IMG/VR virus record: IMGVR_UViG_3300048836_000129
Coordinates: 1-53,935 of that record
Source of the DNA: a virus
Taxonomy: Duplodnaviria > Caudoviricetes
Length of the DNA: 53,935 bases
Direction: 5' to 3' (one strand)
The position numbers and the translations under genes are program-made. Shown in pieces: positions 36,762 to 46,678 of this stretch. How positions within the stretch are numbered: the stretch's first letter is position 1; each line of letters starts with the position of its first letter. Under the pieces are notes generated by a model. The model saw only the letters and a list, made by a program, of their open reading frames with translations. It did no database searches and was not told the origin of the DNA.

Positions 36762-38255
36762 ATGATCAATCTAATAGATTTCTGGAGAATACAGCGAAAA
36801 CAAACCGGGCAACAGACGATCATCCGGCCGTGCCATATGTTCAAGGCAAAGGCGCTGACGGATCTGGTTCTCGGAAAGTTGCCAACTCCGAATCTAATGA
36901 TCCTTGAGCCCCCACGAATCGGCAAGACGGATCTTGGGGTAAAAGCCTTTGTACCGTGGTCCTGGAGCTACTTTCCGGATTCGGAATATATCATTGGGGG
37001 ATATGGCGCTGACCTTCCGACAGAAAGCGCCGTCCACATCCGGAATACATTATCATCGCCATGGTATAAAAGCATGGTGGGTTCAGATTGGGGCTGTAAT
37101 GTAGCATTGAGGGGCGCTAAAGCTTCAGGCCGATCTGATTATTTTAAGACTCTTGAAGGTGGCGTATTAAAAGCTGTTGGTCGCGGTGGTAGTGCCACAG
37201 GATTTGGTATCGGTAAACTTCGTCCTGAATTCGGAGGTTGCGGAATAGCCGATGACTTGCTAAAGGCGCAAGAGTCAACAAGCGCACCCCTTAGAAAAGC
37301 GGCGAACGTTTTTCTAATGAGCGCTTTGATGACACGAAGGAATCGTCTTGATGATCCTTCCACGCCCATTGTATTAATCATGCAGAGGCTTCACCCAGAT
37401 GATCCAGCGGGCCACCTCCTTAAAACAGAACGACACAGATGGACCATTGTACAGATCCCGGCGCACAATGAAAAAGGTCAAAGCATTTGGGAAGAGCGTA
37501 TAAGCTCAAAAGAACTCCAATACATGAAGGAATACGCGCCTGACGTTTATCATGCCCAATACATGCAGGAACCTATCGCAGACGGATACAACATTTTCAA
37601 AGCCGAATGGTGGGGATTGTGGGATGACCGGAAGGCAGTTGAGAAAAAGATAACCTGGAAATTCATAACCGGTGACACGGCGTTTAAAGCCAAAGATTCA
37701 TCGGACTATTCTGTTTTCCAGTGCTGGGGTGCTGAAAACACCCGTGGTTTGTATCTCATGGATCAGATCCGGGGCAAATGGGAATTCCCTGAGCTTGTCA
37801 AGAGAATCAAGGAATTCAAGAATAAGCATACAAGAAACGAAATGGGCATAACCCCGGCCACCGAACTATGGATCGAAGATAAGGCCAGCGGAACGTCCCT
37901 TGTTCAAACATTGAGAGCTGAAGGAATACCATGTAACGCATGGGGCGACAAAGAAAGCGATGGCGTTTCAGGCGATAAAGCGGCCCGTGCAAAACAAACC
38001 ACATTGACATTGCAGCAAGGACGTGAGTTTGTACCTGACCCACGGATGCCGGGTTATGAATGGGTTGACATATTCGTCGGTGAACATGTCGCTTTCACGT
38101 CGGACGATTCACACGCATATGACGATCAGGTAGATACCCGGTCGATGGCAAACCTTATATGGCAAAAACGAGGCGGCGGCGTTGGTCCGCTTCCAACATG
38201 GAACAATTTAAGGAAATACGCGAATGGCCAGGAAAAAATCTACCGTCTCGAATAG
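36762..38255 (+). CDS. terL: Terminase large subunit
   Basis: Walker A PPRIGKT, Walker B IADDLLK, IMQRLH..D, nuclease DTAFK / IEDKASG / DDQVD. Confidence 0.93.
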   Translation: MINLIDFWRIQRKQTGQQTIIRPCHMFKAKALTDLVLGKLPTPNLMILEPPRIGKTDLGVKAFVPWSWSYFPDSEYIIGGYGADLPTESAVHIRNTLSSPWYKSMVGSDWGCNVALRGAKASGRSDYFKTLEGGVLKAVGRGGSATGFGIGKLRPEFGGCGIADDLLKAQESTSAPLRKAANVFLMSALMTRRNRLDDPSTPIVLIMQRLHPDDPAGHLLKTERHRWTIVQIPAHNEKGQSIWEERISSKELQYMKEYAPDVYHAQYMQEPIADGYNIFKAEWWGLWDDRKAVEKKITWKFITGDTAFKAKDSSDYSVFQCWGAENTRGLYLMDQIRGKWEFPELVKRIKEFKNKHTRNEMGITPATELWIEDKASGTSLVQTLRAEGIPCNAWGDKESDGVSGDKAARAKQTTLTLQQGREFVPDPRMPGYEWVDIFVGEHVAFTSDDSHAYDDQVDTRSMANLIWQKRGGGVGPLPTWNNLRKYANGQEKIYRLE

Positions 38256-41226
38256 GATTCAAAACGCTTCTTTTACATCTTACTCAGGGGGGCAACTCGG
38301 AGACGGCGACCGTGGTTCTTATCACATGTTGCCGAATTATACTGGCAACCCCTATGACTCCAATGATTACATTTTCAGATGGCGTCAATACTGCCACCTC
38401 TATGAAATCTCATGGGAAGCCAGAAAGATCATCCGCATTCCGATTGAAGACGCCATGCGGAAGGACTGGGAAGTCAAAGGTATTGAAGAGGCAAACGCTA
38501 ACCAGATCAAAACGCGCCTTGACCAGCTTGGTTTTAAGCTTTCTTTAATGCGCGCCATGATCCTTGAGCGTCTTCTTGGTGGATGCCTTCAGTTTTTCGG
38601 AATTGAAGATAACCGAGACGAACCGGAACGTGAATATTTACCACGGAATGGATACCGGACCAGATTCATAAATACCGTGCCCATTTCGAGGATTGCCCGT
38701 GTTGATTGGGGAACCGATCCCCTGAAAGCTGACTACATGAGACCGGAAAAATTCCTTGTGAACGGCGTCCAGGTCCACACGTCCAGATGTTTGGTCTGGG
38801 ACGGCGAACCGCTGTTTGATCCTTATGATTTCGCATTGACCAATTTTAGATCAAACATTTCAGGCTTCGGCCCTTCAAAGCTTGCGCCTATCTGGGATGA
38901 TATCGTAAGAGCTACAGGAATCAGGCAAGCGGCTTTCCAGATGGCCCAGATGAACAACTCCATAATCGCAGCTCTTGAAGGATACCAGGATTTAAGGGGG
39001 ACTGTCCCTGGTCAGAACAAGCTATCTGATATAAAGAAGCTTGTTAATGAGCTGTCAGTTTATAAAGCGGCAATCCTTGACAAGGGGAAAGTCGATGTGA
39101 CAACCCTGGCTGCTTCATTTGGATCGGTCCCGGAAATGATGATCACATCACTCCAGATCCTTTCAGCGGCTTCCGATATCCCGGCGACACGATTTATAGG
39201 TCAGGCACCTGGAGGATTAAACGCCACGGGCGAATCAGACCTTGAGAATTATTACAACGTCATTGACGCAATCCAAAAACAGAGAATGGAACCGAGGCTT
39301 AGAAAAACGTATGACATTATCGGATGGCAGATGTTCCCAAATTCATGGGCCGAAGACCGTAAAAAACTTGAGTTTGAATTTCCCCCATTGTGGAACCTCA
39401 GCGAACTGGAAGAGGCTGACAGAACATCGAAAATCATTGACAACATGGCGAAGCTTCTTGAAAACAGGCTTATCACAGAAGAAAAGGCCATTGAAGAACT
39501 GACGAAAAAGAACGTTGTCGGAGTTACGCTTGATGATATGGATATGTCGTCCTTGAAAGATACCGGCCTTTTTGATGAACAACCAAACCCGAAAGAATCA
39601 ATCGAAAAATTAAAACAATTTCCTGTGAAAAATTCAAATCCTGAATCATTATTGATAGTTGCGGCAGGTGGAAAGCCCGAAGATTTTGACGCACGTCAAT
39701 TTAAAATGGGAATGGAAGTCGAAAGGGAACACAAAGACGTCACGCATGGTGATGAAATTCAAACGGCGAAAATAGTTCTTGCACACCTACGAGAAAAGCC
39801 CGATTATTATACAAGACTTCAGAAAGTTGAAAATTCTGAAAAATGGATAACTGTTAAACCTAATGGGCCAGATGCAAAAGGTTCTCATGTTCAATTAGAT
39901 GATGACGGGAAAGTGACGGCCGGCCTTGGTGGTGGTTTTAATGGAAAACATATCTCGGAAATAAATAGTGCGTCAAAAAAAGAAACCATTCCAAAAGATA
40001 AATATTCAGATCCACAACAATATGAATCTGACCCAGAACTATCTCAAGCTGTAAAAGATGCGGCGCAGGCTGGTTTTGAGAAATATGGTGCCGGGAAAAT
40101 GAGCCGTGGAGATTTCAAACAAAAAGTAAGGAGTGGAGAAATCCCCGAAGCTGTCAAAGAGTATCATGGAAAAATTGTTGAAAGTCAAAGAATAAAAAAA
40201 GAAGGGTACGAAGCCGCAAAAAATATCAATATGCCTGATGGATATTCAATAAGTGAAAGAAATAAAGACGAAATAGCTATCCACGGAAAATATGATGAAC
40301 AACTCCATAAAAGAATTAAAAGGGCTGGAGGATATTGGGCGCAAATATCTGAATCTGGGCCTGAAAAAGGATGGGTTATAGCCAAAGAAAAAGGGAAAGA
40401 TCTCGAAAAGGCTGTCAGCAATGCTAAAAAAGCAAATGAAAAAATAAAAACAGACGAACAAGAAAAGAAAAAAGCTGAATCTGAAAAGAAGCAAAGAGAT
40501 GAAAAGGAAAAGAAAGAAAGGTTTTCCAAAGAATCTGAAGACAATAAAAAGAAAGAGGCCGAAAAGAGAAAAGAATTTGAGCGGACTCACGAATTAAAAA
40601 TGATTCCAACAGGAAAAACAATTAGAAGAAAAATAACAGACGATGATCCTTCTATTTATGGGCATGAACTACTTGGCCATGAGGGTGAAATGTGGGATTT
40701 TCCTGAAATGAAAAAAGAATGGGTCAAGAAAAATTCTATCCAAAACAAAATCGACCTTGACCCATTACCAGAGCCATCACAAAAACAAATCGAATCTGGA
40801 AACTACAAAAAACACCATCTGAAGTTGTATGGATTCGATATTTCGATTGAGAATCCGAAGGGTTCAAGGCGCTCAGGGATAGATCTTAATGGTGAAGCAT
40901 GGTCCGTTAAAATGCCAGCTCACTACGGCTATATAAAGCAGTCAGAAGGAGCCGATGGAGACCATTTAGATGTTTATATAGGCCCAAATGAAAACAGCCA
41001 AAAGGTTTTTGTGATTGACCAAACCGACCTATCGGGAAACTTTGACGAACACAAATGCTTTTTAGGTTGCAACAACAAGGAACAGGCCGAAAAGCTTTAT
41101 CTGAAAGGCTTTAGCGATGGAAAAGGGAATCTAAGGCTTGGAAGGATGATTGAAACGGATATAGACGGTTTCAAAGAATGGCTTTCAAACGGAGACCAGA
41201 AAAAAAGATTTGCTGAGTATTTTTGA
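38224..41226 (+). CDS. Portal protein (DUF1073-type) with C-terminal DUF5661-like, KWITV and inorganic-pyrophosphatase-like domains
   Basis: [31 protein letters not shown] (portal); MGMEVEREH...[16 protein letters not shown]; GNYKK...ISIENPKGS...HYGYI...[12 protein letters not shown]...FDEHK. Confidence 0.88.
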   Translation: MARKKSTVSNRIQNASFTSYSGGQLGDGDRGSYHMLPNYTGNPYDSNDYIFRWRQYCHLYEISWEARKIIRIPIEDAMRKDWEVKGIEEANANQIKTRLDQLGFKLSLMRAMILERLLGGCLQFFGIEDNRDEPEREYLPRNGYRTRFINTVPISRIARVDWGTDPLKADYMRPEKFLVNGVQVHTSRCLVWDGEPLFDPYDFALTNFRSNISGFGPSKLAPIWDDIVRATGIRQAAFQMAQMNNSIIAALEGYQDLRGTVPGQNKLSDIKKLVNELSVYKAAILDKGKVDVTTLAASFGSVPEMMITSLQILSAASDIPATRFIGQAPGGLNATGESDLENYYNVIDAIQKQRMEPRLRKTYDIIGWQMFPNSWAEDRKKLEFEFPPLWNLSELEEADRTSKIIDNMAKLLENRLITEEKAIEELTKKNVVGVTLDDMDMSSLKDTGLFDEQPNPKESIEKLKQFPVKNSNPESLLIVAAGGKPEDFDARQFKMGMEVEREHKDVTHGDEIQTAKIVLAHLREKPDYYTRLQKVENSEKWITVKPNGPDAKGSHVQLDDDGKVTAGLGGGFNGKHISEINSASKKETIPKDKYSDPQQYESDPELSQAVKDAAQAGFEKYGAGKMSRGDFKQKVRSGEIPEAVKEYHGKIVESQRIKKEGYEAAKNINMPDGYSISERNKDEIAIHGKYDEQLHKRIKRAGGYWAQISESGPEKGWVIAKEKGKDLEKAVSNAKKANEKIKTDEQEKKKAESEKKQRDEKEKKERFSKESEDNKKKEAEKRKEFERTHELKMIPTGKTIRRKITDDDPSIYGHELLGHEGEMWDFPEMKKEWVKKNSIQNKIDLDPLPEPSQKQIESGNYKKHHLKLYGFDISIENPKGSRRSGIDLNGEAWSVKMPAHYGYIKQSEGADGDHLDVYIGPNENSQKVFVIDQTDLSGNFDEHKCFLGCNNKEQAEKLYLKGFSDGKGNLRLGRMIETDIDGFKEWLSNGDQKKRFAEYF

Positions 41227-41230
41227 AACA

Positions 41231-41268
41231 AAAAGACCCGTGCATTTTTGATAATGCACGGGGCTTTT
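41231..41268. terminator. Bidirectional terminator
   Basis: AAAAG..CCGTGCATT-N6-AATGCACGG..CTTTT between convergent transcription units. Confidence 0.75.
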
Positions 41269-41551
41269 ACAGGAAAGAATCACGTTTCGCCTTATGAATC
41301 ACCGTCTCTAATATTATTCATGGCATGTATGTTGCGCTATATGGTTAAATTTCAGCCGAATTATATACCGGGAGCATTTATGATTTCACGGTGAATCGGC
41401 ATCTTATACAGTGTCGCCCATTTCTTCTTCACTCCAGACATTGATTGAGAAGTCGCGGCGGAGCATGAAAATAGTTGCCGATAGACGCCTATCGTCTACC
41501 GGGTTGAAAAGAACGTCATGCCCATTTTTAATAAGCGAAGACACGACATTC

Positions 41552-41959
41552 TTAATCCTCCAATCCCTGTTCCCACCTTGATAAATCATCCTCATCCCAC
41601 CACGCCTGAATGATGTCACAGGCACGGCCACAGGCAACGGGTGTCAGCTTTGACAGACAGCTTTCGGAGATTGCGGCGCAAACGGCGTCAACGTGTTCTG
41701 AAAAAAGCTCCCAGATCCGTTCGTAATAGTATCCTGAAGTAAAAAACTCTTCCCTCATACTGATACAATCCGCACAGGTCTTAAATTCGTCGAAAGATCC
41801 ATCCCAGAACCCGGATGTTTTTTCGTATTTCTCGCCCTTGGAAATAATCCGCTTACACTCGCAACACTTGTGTTCCTTGATTGCCTTTATGGTTTTTGTC
41901 TTGAAAAAAGACGGCCCATCCTCGTCAATATCAACGTCAACTTCACATGAGCATTCCAT
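41552..41959 (-). CDS. Cys-rich (Zn-binding) phage protein
   Basis: KAIKEHKCCEC.R.I.KGEKYE...TC.DC; GGAGGTG RBS. Confidence 0.75.
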   Translation of the reverse strand: MECSCEVDVDIDEDGPSFFKTKTIKAIKEHKCCECKRIISKGEKYEKTSGFWDGSFDEFKTCADCISMREEFFTSGYYYERIWELFSEHVDAVCAAISESCLSKLTPVACGRACDIIQAWWDEDDLSRWEQGLED

Positions 41960-42009
41960 TATGCACCTCCATTTACCTCAAGAAATTTTTCAATCTATGA
42001 TTCAGTGTT

Positions 42010-42126
42010 TTAGTCGTTCATCCCTGAATATCTTGGACCAATGACAGCGGCTTCAATAGAGAACATGGCCTTTGAACGAGCGCCCGCATCGTCGATTCCA
42101 ACATCAATTTCGCATGAGCATTCCAT
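42010..42126 (-). pseudogene. 38-codon ORF duplicating the RBS and N-terminus of 41552..41959
   Basis: MECSCEIDVGIDDAG versus MECSCEVDVDIDEDG; shared GAGGTG.ATAATGGAATGCTCATG. Confidence 0.55.
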
Positions 42127-42180
42127 TATTCACCTCACCTAAAAATAGAAAGAGCAAGCATGGCTACACCCCCGTGGTTT

Positions 42181-42327
42181 TTAATCCTCTTCACATTCGG
42201 ATTTTAGTTCATAATCTTTGATTTCTCTTAAATACTCTTTTTTTTCCGTTAAATCATACCACCATCGGTTGAGTTTATAATCAAGATATTCAAACAAGCC
42301 ATCTATAGGGGTTTTTTGAGTTTTCAT
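42181..42327 (-). CDS. Small hypothetical protein
   Basis: MKTQKTPIDGLFEYLDY...; start uncertain. Confidence 0.4.
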   Translation of the reverse strand: MKTQKTPIDGLFEYLDYKLNRWWYDLTEKKEYLREIKDYELKSECEED

Positions 42328-42334
42328 ACTTGAT

Positions 42335-42547
42335 TCATTCATCTTCGAATTCGGCTTTGTACGCCGCCTCAACATCCGAGAACTTGATTTGGCCCTGGAT
42401 ATAATCGCACAGCGCCTCACTCGCGCAACCATCGACCGAAAGAACCATGAAATCGCACATGAACGGCTTCGGTTCTCCGATGGTCGGATCTGCCGGTGCG
42501 ATTTCGACTTCTATATCTATCTTCATTCCATTGAAATTGTAAATCAC
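42335..42547 (-). CDS. Hypothetical protein
   Basis: AAGGAGG RBS before GTG. Confidence 0.6.
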   Translation of the reverse strand: MIYNFNGMKIDIEVEIAPADPTIGEPKPFMCDFMVLSVDGCASEALCDYIQGQIKFSDVEAAYKAEFEDE

Positions 42548-42568
42548 GTTATCCTCCTTTTTTTGGCA

Positions 42569-42811
42569 TTAAAAATCCCGATAAGTCAGCTCTTCATCCG
42601 TTTCAGGGTAGTAGTCGATGAAAAGCTGAGCGATTTCGATGGCGTCTTGTCGAGTGCCTCTACCTTTAGAAAATTCACGAAACGGGCCATTTTTAATACA
42701 GAATTGTTTATATTCGATCTCAAAAGGGCATTCTCGGCATGATCTAATATGCGCTTCGCACGCGAAACATGATCCGAATGGCATATATTTGTTAATTAAA
42801 AAATACAACAT
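42569..42811 (-). CDS. Cys-rich hypothetical protein (paralog of 32688..33017)
   Basis: CFAC....SCRECPF. Confidence 0.55.
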   Translation of the reverse strand: MLYFLINKYMPFGSCFACEAHIRSCRECPFEIEYKQFCIKNGPFREFSKGRGTRQDAIEIAQLFIDYYPETDEELTYRDF

Positions 42812-42923
42812 TTCACATTAGTTCCGCATATTTTATCGCCCATCTTTTCAGCAATTTCATTCCACGTCTCGATACATGCGTCATAGTGCCAAGCCTTTGA
42901 CATTTCTTTTCCGTTTATTTTGA

Positions 42924-43130
42924 TCATTTTTCCCCCAACTCTCGGATGTCGTTGATGTACTGCAAAACCAAGTCTTGATTGGCCAAAATAAAATATGATA
43001 AATCTTCGCAGAAGTCTGACGACATAGATTTAGAAGCCTTGCGAACAAATTCATATGAAATTGCGGCTTTTTTTGTATCGAAAACCCGACCGTCTTCAGT
43101 CTCCCATCTTGTTACCTTTATTTCTCTCAT
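42924..43130 (-). CDS. Hypothetical phage protein
   Basis: WETEDGRVFDTKKAAISYE; AAGGA RBS. Confidence 0.65.
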   Translation of the reverse strand: MREIKVTRWETEDGRVFDTKKAAISYEFVRKASKSMSSDFCEDLSYFILANQDLVLQYINDIRELGEK

Positions 43131-43163
43131 GTCCTTCTCCTTTATTAAAATTAAAGATGTTTC

Positions 43164-43191
43164 AACTTATCAAAACATGGCAAAAAGTCAA
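43164..43191 (-). promoter_or_regulatory. Extended -10 promoter (same family)
   Basis: TTGACT-N13-TGA-TAAGTT. Confidence 0.65.
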
Positions 43192-43622
43192 GGGAATATA
43201 AAATTAAAAATGCGGTCAAAAAACTTCATGCTTTGAATTTTTTTGAATATCATTTTATAATTGTTATTTTCTTGTTTTATTTCAATCAATTCATCTTTCA
43301 GATGTTTGATTTCGAAAATATAACGATCAATTTTCTGTTTGAGATCATCTATTTCCAAACATTTATCTTCAATTATTTCAAGTGGTAGATTTAGATACCT
43401 TTCAACATTTGGTAACCATGCAATAGAATATTTTTTTATTTCACCACCTATATTGATTGAAAACATCCTGCCACTTACCTCTGTCACTTTAATAGGGTCA
43501 GATTTAAAATAACCCGGATCATACATTCTCATTTCTTCGGTCTGGAAATATTGAAACCTGTCGCCCCTGAACCGCTCTATTTCAATTGATTTCACCACTA
43601 TCATTTCTTCCATGTTTTTCAC
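43188..43622 (-). CDS. Hypothetical coiled-coil protein
   Basis: AT-rich ORF after a promoter. Confidence 0.6.
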   Translation of the reverse strand: MKNMEEMIVVKSIEIERFRGDRFQYFQTEEMRMYDPGYFKSDPIKVTEVSGRMFSINIGGEIKKYSIAWLPNVERYLNLPLEIIEDKCLEIDDLKQKIDRYIFEIKHLKDELIEIKQENNNYKMIFKKIQSMKFFDRIFNFIFP

Positions 43623-43649
43623 CCATTATTTTTATGATTAATATTTAAA

Positions 43650-43677
43650 ACCATATCAAATGGCATGGAAAAGTCAA
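43650..43677 (-). promoter_or_regulatory. Extended -10 promoter (same family)
   Basis: TTGACT-N13-TGA-TATGGT. Confidence 0.65.
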
Positions 43678-43705
43678 CAAAAATAATCACCAATAAAAAT
43701 AAACC

Positions 43706-43737
43706 CTTGAATAAACATACATGCCGGATTATATAAT
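43706..43737 (+). promoter_or_regulatory. Putative late promoter for the head operon
   Basis: CTTGAATAAACATACATG; TTGAAT-17-TATATA(AT). Confidence 0.5.
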
Positions 43738-43767
43738 GAAATATAAAATCAATAAAACCGGTGGTAT

Positions 43768-44682
43768 ATGGCTATTATTATTGATCGAAAACAGATCGAA
43801 AAACTTGAGCGAACAAAAAAGGCAAAAAAGGCGAAGGTCCAAAAGCCACCGGCCAAAGCTGAACGCAATTTCCAGAAGGAGATTGAAGCGAGACTCGCCG
43901 CTATTATAGGGCCGATCATTGAAGATTTGAAAACAATGATTGAACGGAAGGCTTCTCCTTCTGAAATAGCCATATATCTTGAAGACGCTCTGCGAAATGC
44001 TGAAATCCATGTCAATCATTCTGTAAACGGTATCATTGATATATGGAAAAGCGAAATGGACGAACTGACAAGGGAACAGTTCACGAGATCGCTCACGCAG
44101 ACTCTTGGCGTTGATATTACAGCAGTTCTTGACGAACCGAGGATAAAAGAAGCTCTCGAGATTGGTGGGCGAGAGGCCGCTAATCTCATTGTGAATATGC
44201 CCGGCGAATTTATTGATGGTGTGGCCAAGGCTGTGGCCGATAATTTCCGGGGCACACCACTGCCGGAAGGAAGAACGCTCTTTGAACAAATCATGCACCT
44301 TGGAGATGTTTCGAAATCAAGGGCGAAACTCATAGCCCGTGACCAAACGACCAAAATGCAGGGTCTTTTAAACAAGGAGCGACAACAAGAAATAGGCGTC
44401 ACGATGTATATTTGGCGCACCATGAAAGACAGGAGAGTGGTAGGGAACCCGGCTGGATTCTATCCCAAAGGAACACGCCTACATAGAAAACACTATCTCA
44501 TGGAAGGCAAGCATTGCCGGTGGGATGATGCAACGGTTTATTCTGACGATGAAGGCAAGACCTGGAAGAAAAGGACGCCGGACATGCCCCATGTTCACCC
44601 AGGGGTTGATATCCAATGTCGGTGTATAGCCGAAGCCGTCATTGATATAGACCAAATCATAAAATACGCGAACGCCGCATAG
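43768..44682 (+). CDS. Minor head protein (SPP1 gp7/Mu gpF family)
   Basis: RAKLIARDQTTK, YIWRTMKDRRV, HPGVDIQCRC. Confidence 0.9.
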   Translation: MAIIIDRKQIEKLERTKKAKKAKVQKPPAKAERNFQKEIEARLAAIIGPIIEDLKTMIERKASPSEIAIYLEDALRNAEIHVNHSVNGIIDIWKSEMDELTREQFTRSLTQTLGVDITAVLDEPRIKEALEIGGREAANLIVNMPGEFIDGVAKAVADNFRGTPLPEGRTLFEQIMHLGDVSKSRAKLIARDQTTKMQGLLNKERQQEIGVTMYIWRTMKDRRVVGNPAGFYPKGTRLHRKHYLMEGKHCRWDDATVYSDDEGKTWKKRTPDMPHVHPGVDIQCRCIAEAVIDIDQIIKYANAA

Positions 44683-44690
44683 GATGCAAA

Positions 44691-44849
44691 ATGCCTGAAG
44701 GTTCAAAAGAGAAATCGGCAAAAATCGCACAAGCGCAAACAGGAGAATCTTTGAAAACTGGCGAACCGATCAAAAATGAGAGCTACGAAAACGGCAGAAT
44801 GCGCGCAATGAATGAAATCGACGAGAAAATGAACTCATGCAGAAAATAA
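44691..44849 (+). CDS. Small putative head/internal protein (52 aa; not in ORF track)
   Basis: Manual translation MPEGSKEKSAKIAQAQTG...IKNESYENGRMRAMNEIDEKMNSCRK; AGGA upstream; fills the gap between head genes. Confidence 0.55.
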   Translation: MPEGSKEKSAKIAQAQTGESLKTGEPIKNESYENGRMRAMNEIDEKMNSCRK

Positions 44850-46027
44850 CGAACAAATATTCCTTTGCATCTGAAGACAGACCCAGGTGGGAAAAGACAC
44901 CAGATGGTTTTCTAAGGTGTAAGGCCCGTGTCTTGGCGTCAAGGATCATGCCCTATGCACGGCATGAACTTGAAGGCATTCCAGACGATTTCATTGGCGA
45001 CCATGTGAACATGTATGTTGCTCCTGATTCAATGGCATGTCCCGATGCAATCAGGAGTCTTGAGGGTTGCCAGATCACAATTGGGGACCATCAATGGTTG
45101 ACGCCTGATACTGTCAACGGATTTTCAAAAGGGTCTGTTGCTGGAACTCCGATTGTGGATGGCCCCTATTTAATTTGCGATTTGCTTGTAACAAACGAGG
45201 ACGCAATAAAGTCAATCGAAACAGGTGAACTCCCGGAGATTTCGGCAGGTTATACCGCTGAAGCAATCTACGAGCCCGGGGAAATTGACGGTCAAACCTT
45301 TGACGCACGTCAAACGTCATTAAGATTTAATCACATTGCCGTGATCCCCCGTGGGCATGGCAGGGCTGGCGAAGATATTCGAATCATAAACAAAAAGAAA
45401 GGACAAAAAGACATGTCAGAAACAAAAGATCCGGTTATCGCGCCGGTCAGGGTCATGTTGAAAAACACCGGCAGATACGTGAACACCGATGAAGAAGGCG
45501 CAAAGGCCATCGCTGATGAAGGCGAAAAGCAGGAAAAAAGCCTTGAAAAAACCATGAACGAGCTTGAGGGGAAGAACGGCGAACTTGAAACCCTCCAGGC
45601 CGAGATTGATGAACTCAAGGGCGCTCTTGCCGCTTACAAGGAAAAACTTGATGAACTTCTTTCTGAAGAAGCCGTTGAGGAAAAGGCCTTTGAGATGATC
45701 GCCGAACAGGAAGACGCTGAGGAAATCATTCAGAATAGCGACATGGAAGAGGACGAAGACAAAAAGAAAGAGTTCATGAACTCAATCAAACGTCTTCATG
45801 GCGCGAAACTCCATAAAGCCGTCCTTGGCAAGGTCGGAATCAAAATTGAAAACATGAGTGATGCCGAAATTAAAGGCGCTTTCAAGGCCCATGTTCAGAT
45901 TTGCAAGATCACAAACAAAAAACCCGTTGTTTCCGGGACGAAAATCATGAACGCTGTTTCCCATACGGATGGTTCAAGAACCGTTCAGGCAAGAACGCCC
46001 CATGAAATGCTCGGATTCAAAAAATAA
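44837..46027 (+). CDS. Prohead protease/scaffold (DUF2213 family)
   Basis: TPDGFL, ITIGDH, EISAGY, NHIAVI..GRAG; acidic coiled-coil C-terminal half. Confidence 0.88.
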   Translation: MQKITNKYSFASEDRPRWEKTPDGFLRCKARVLASRIMPYARHELEGIPDDFIGDHVNMYVAPDSMACPDAIRSLEGCQITIGDHQWLTPDTVNGFSKGSVAGTPIVDGPYLICDLLVTNEDAIKSIETGELPEISAGYTAEAIYEPGEIDGQTFDARQTSLRFNHIAVIPRGHGRAGEDIRIINKKKGQKDMSETKDPVIAPVRVMLKNTGRYVNTDEEGAKAIADEGEKQEKSLEKTMNELEGKNGELETLQAEIDELKGALAAYKEKLDELLSEEAVEEKAFEMIAEQEDAEEIIQNSDMEEDEDKKKEFMNSIKRLHGAKLHKAVLGKVGIKIENMSDAEIKGAFKAHVQICKITNKKPVVSGTKIMNAVSHTDGSRTVQARTPHEMLGFKK

Positions 46028-46039
46028 GGAGAAAATAAC

Positions 46040-46660
46040 ATGAGTTTTTCTAATGGTTTTCGTGGAACTGTAGGCGGGTCAATCCAGACAACCTACTATG
46101 ATGACATGGGTAAGTCAATCCCTGGTATGCTTATGAGTGCCAGTGATTACAATATGACCGACACCTATTTCATCGGTGAAACGGCTGGTATCGGTGCTGG
46201 TATCGGAGTCCGTCTGACCGATGCAACCGACGCTTTCGGCTTTCAGATTCCATCCCTGGCCGCTAAACTGCCCGAGGGCGACGAGGGTGAAAACGATTTC
46301 GGCGGAGTGATTGTTTTCGATCAGGCCATGCAGTCCGATGAAAACGGCGAAAACGGATGGGCTTATCGCCGTCCTTGCCGTGTTCTTCGTCCTGTTCGTA
46401 CCGGTGGCCGGATTGCAGTTCGCGTTGCCGTTGCGGTAGACCCCACCACAGATACCGTCAACTGGGTAATTGATGCAGATGACGCCGGAACATATGCGCT
46501 CGGCTCATTCGTTCCCACGGCTCTCGGTGGTGGCGCGGCTGGCGTGTCCGTTCTGCTTTCAGCCGCTCGATGGGTGTCTGCTGCTGATGCTGGTGGAATC
46601 GCTGTTATCGAATTTCTCGGTAACTCTTCCGCTGTTTACAATTCTAACAGCTCTCTGTAA
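46040..46660 (+). CDS. Head decoration/cement protein
   Basis: Between protease and capsid; Gly/Ala-rich; V...GRIAV motif; strong RBS. Confidence 0.75.
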   Translation: MSFSNGFRGTVGGSIQTTYYDDMGKSIPGMLMSASDYNMTDTYFIGETAGIGAGIGVRLTDATDAFGFQIPSLAAKLPEGDEGENDFGGVIVFDQAMQSDENGENGWAYRRPCRVLRPVRTGGRIAVRVAVAVDPTTDTVNWVIDADDAGTYALGSFVPTALGGGAAGVSVLLSAARWVSAADAGGIAVIEFLGNSSAVYNSNSSL

Positions 46661-46678
46661 TGGAAAGGAGTAAATAAA

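Noticed and set aside
38224-39600. Calling the DUF1073 region an anti-CBASS Acb1 nuclease
   Set aside because: It sits in the portal position with portal motifs; I saw no paired HxT/S 2H-phosphoesterase motifs
43729-44298. 189-aa minus-strand ORF and other long antisense ORFs (e.g. 6991..7437, 20009..20464, 40185..40544)
   Set aside because: They lie opposite well-supported genes, with no RBS or motifs; shadow ORFs
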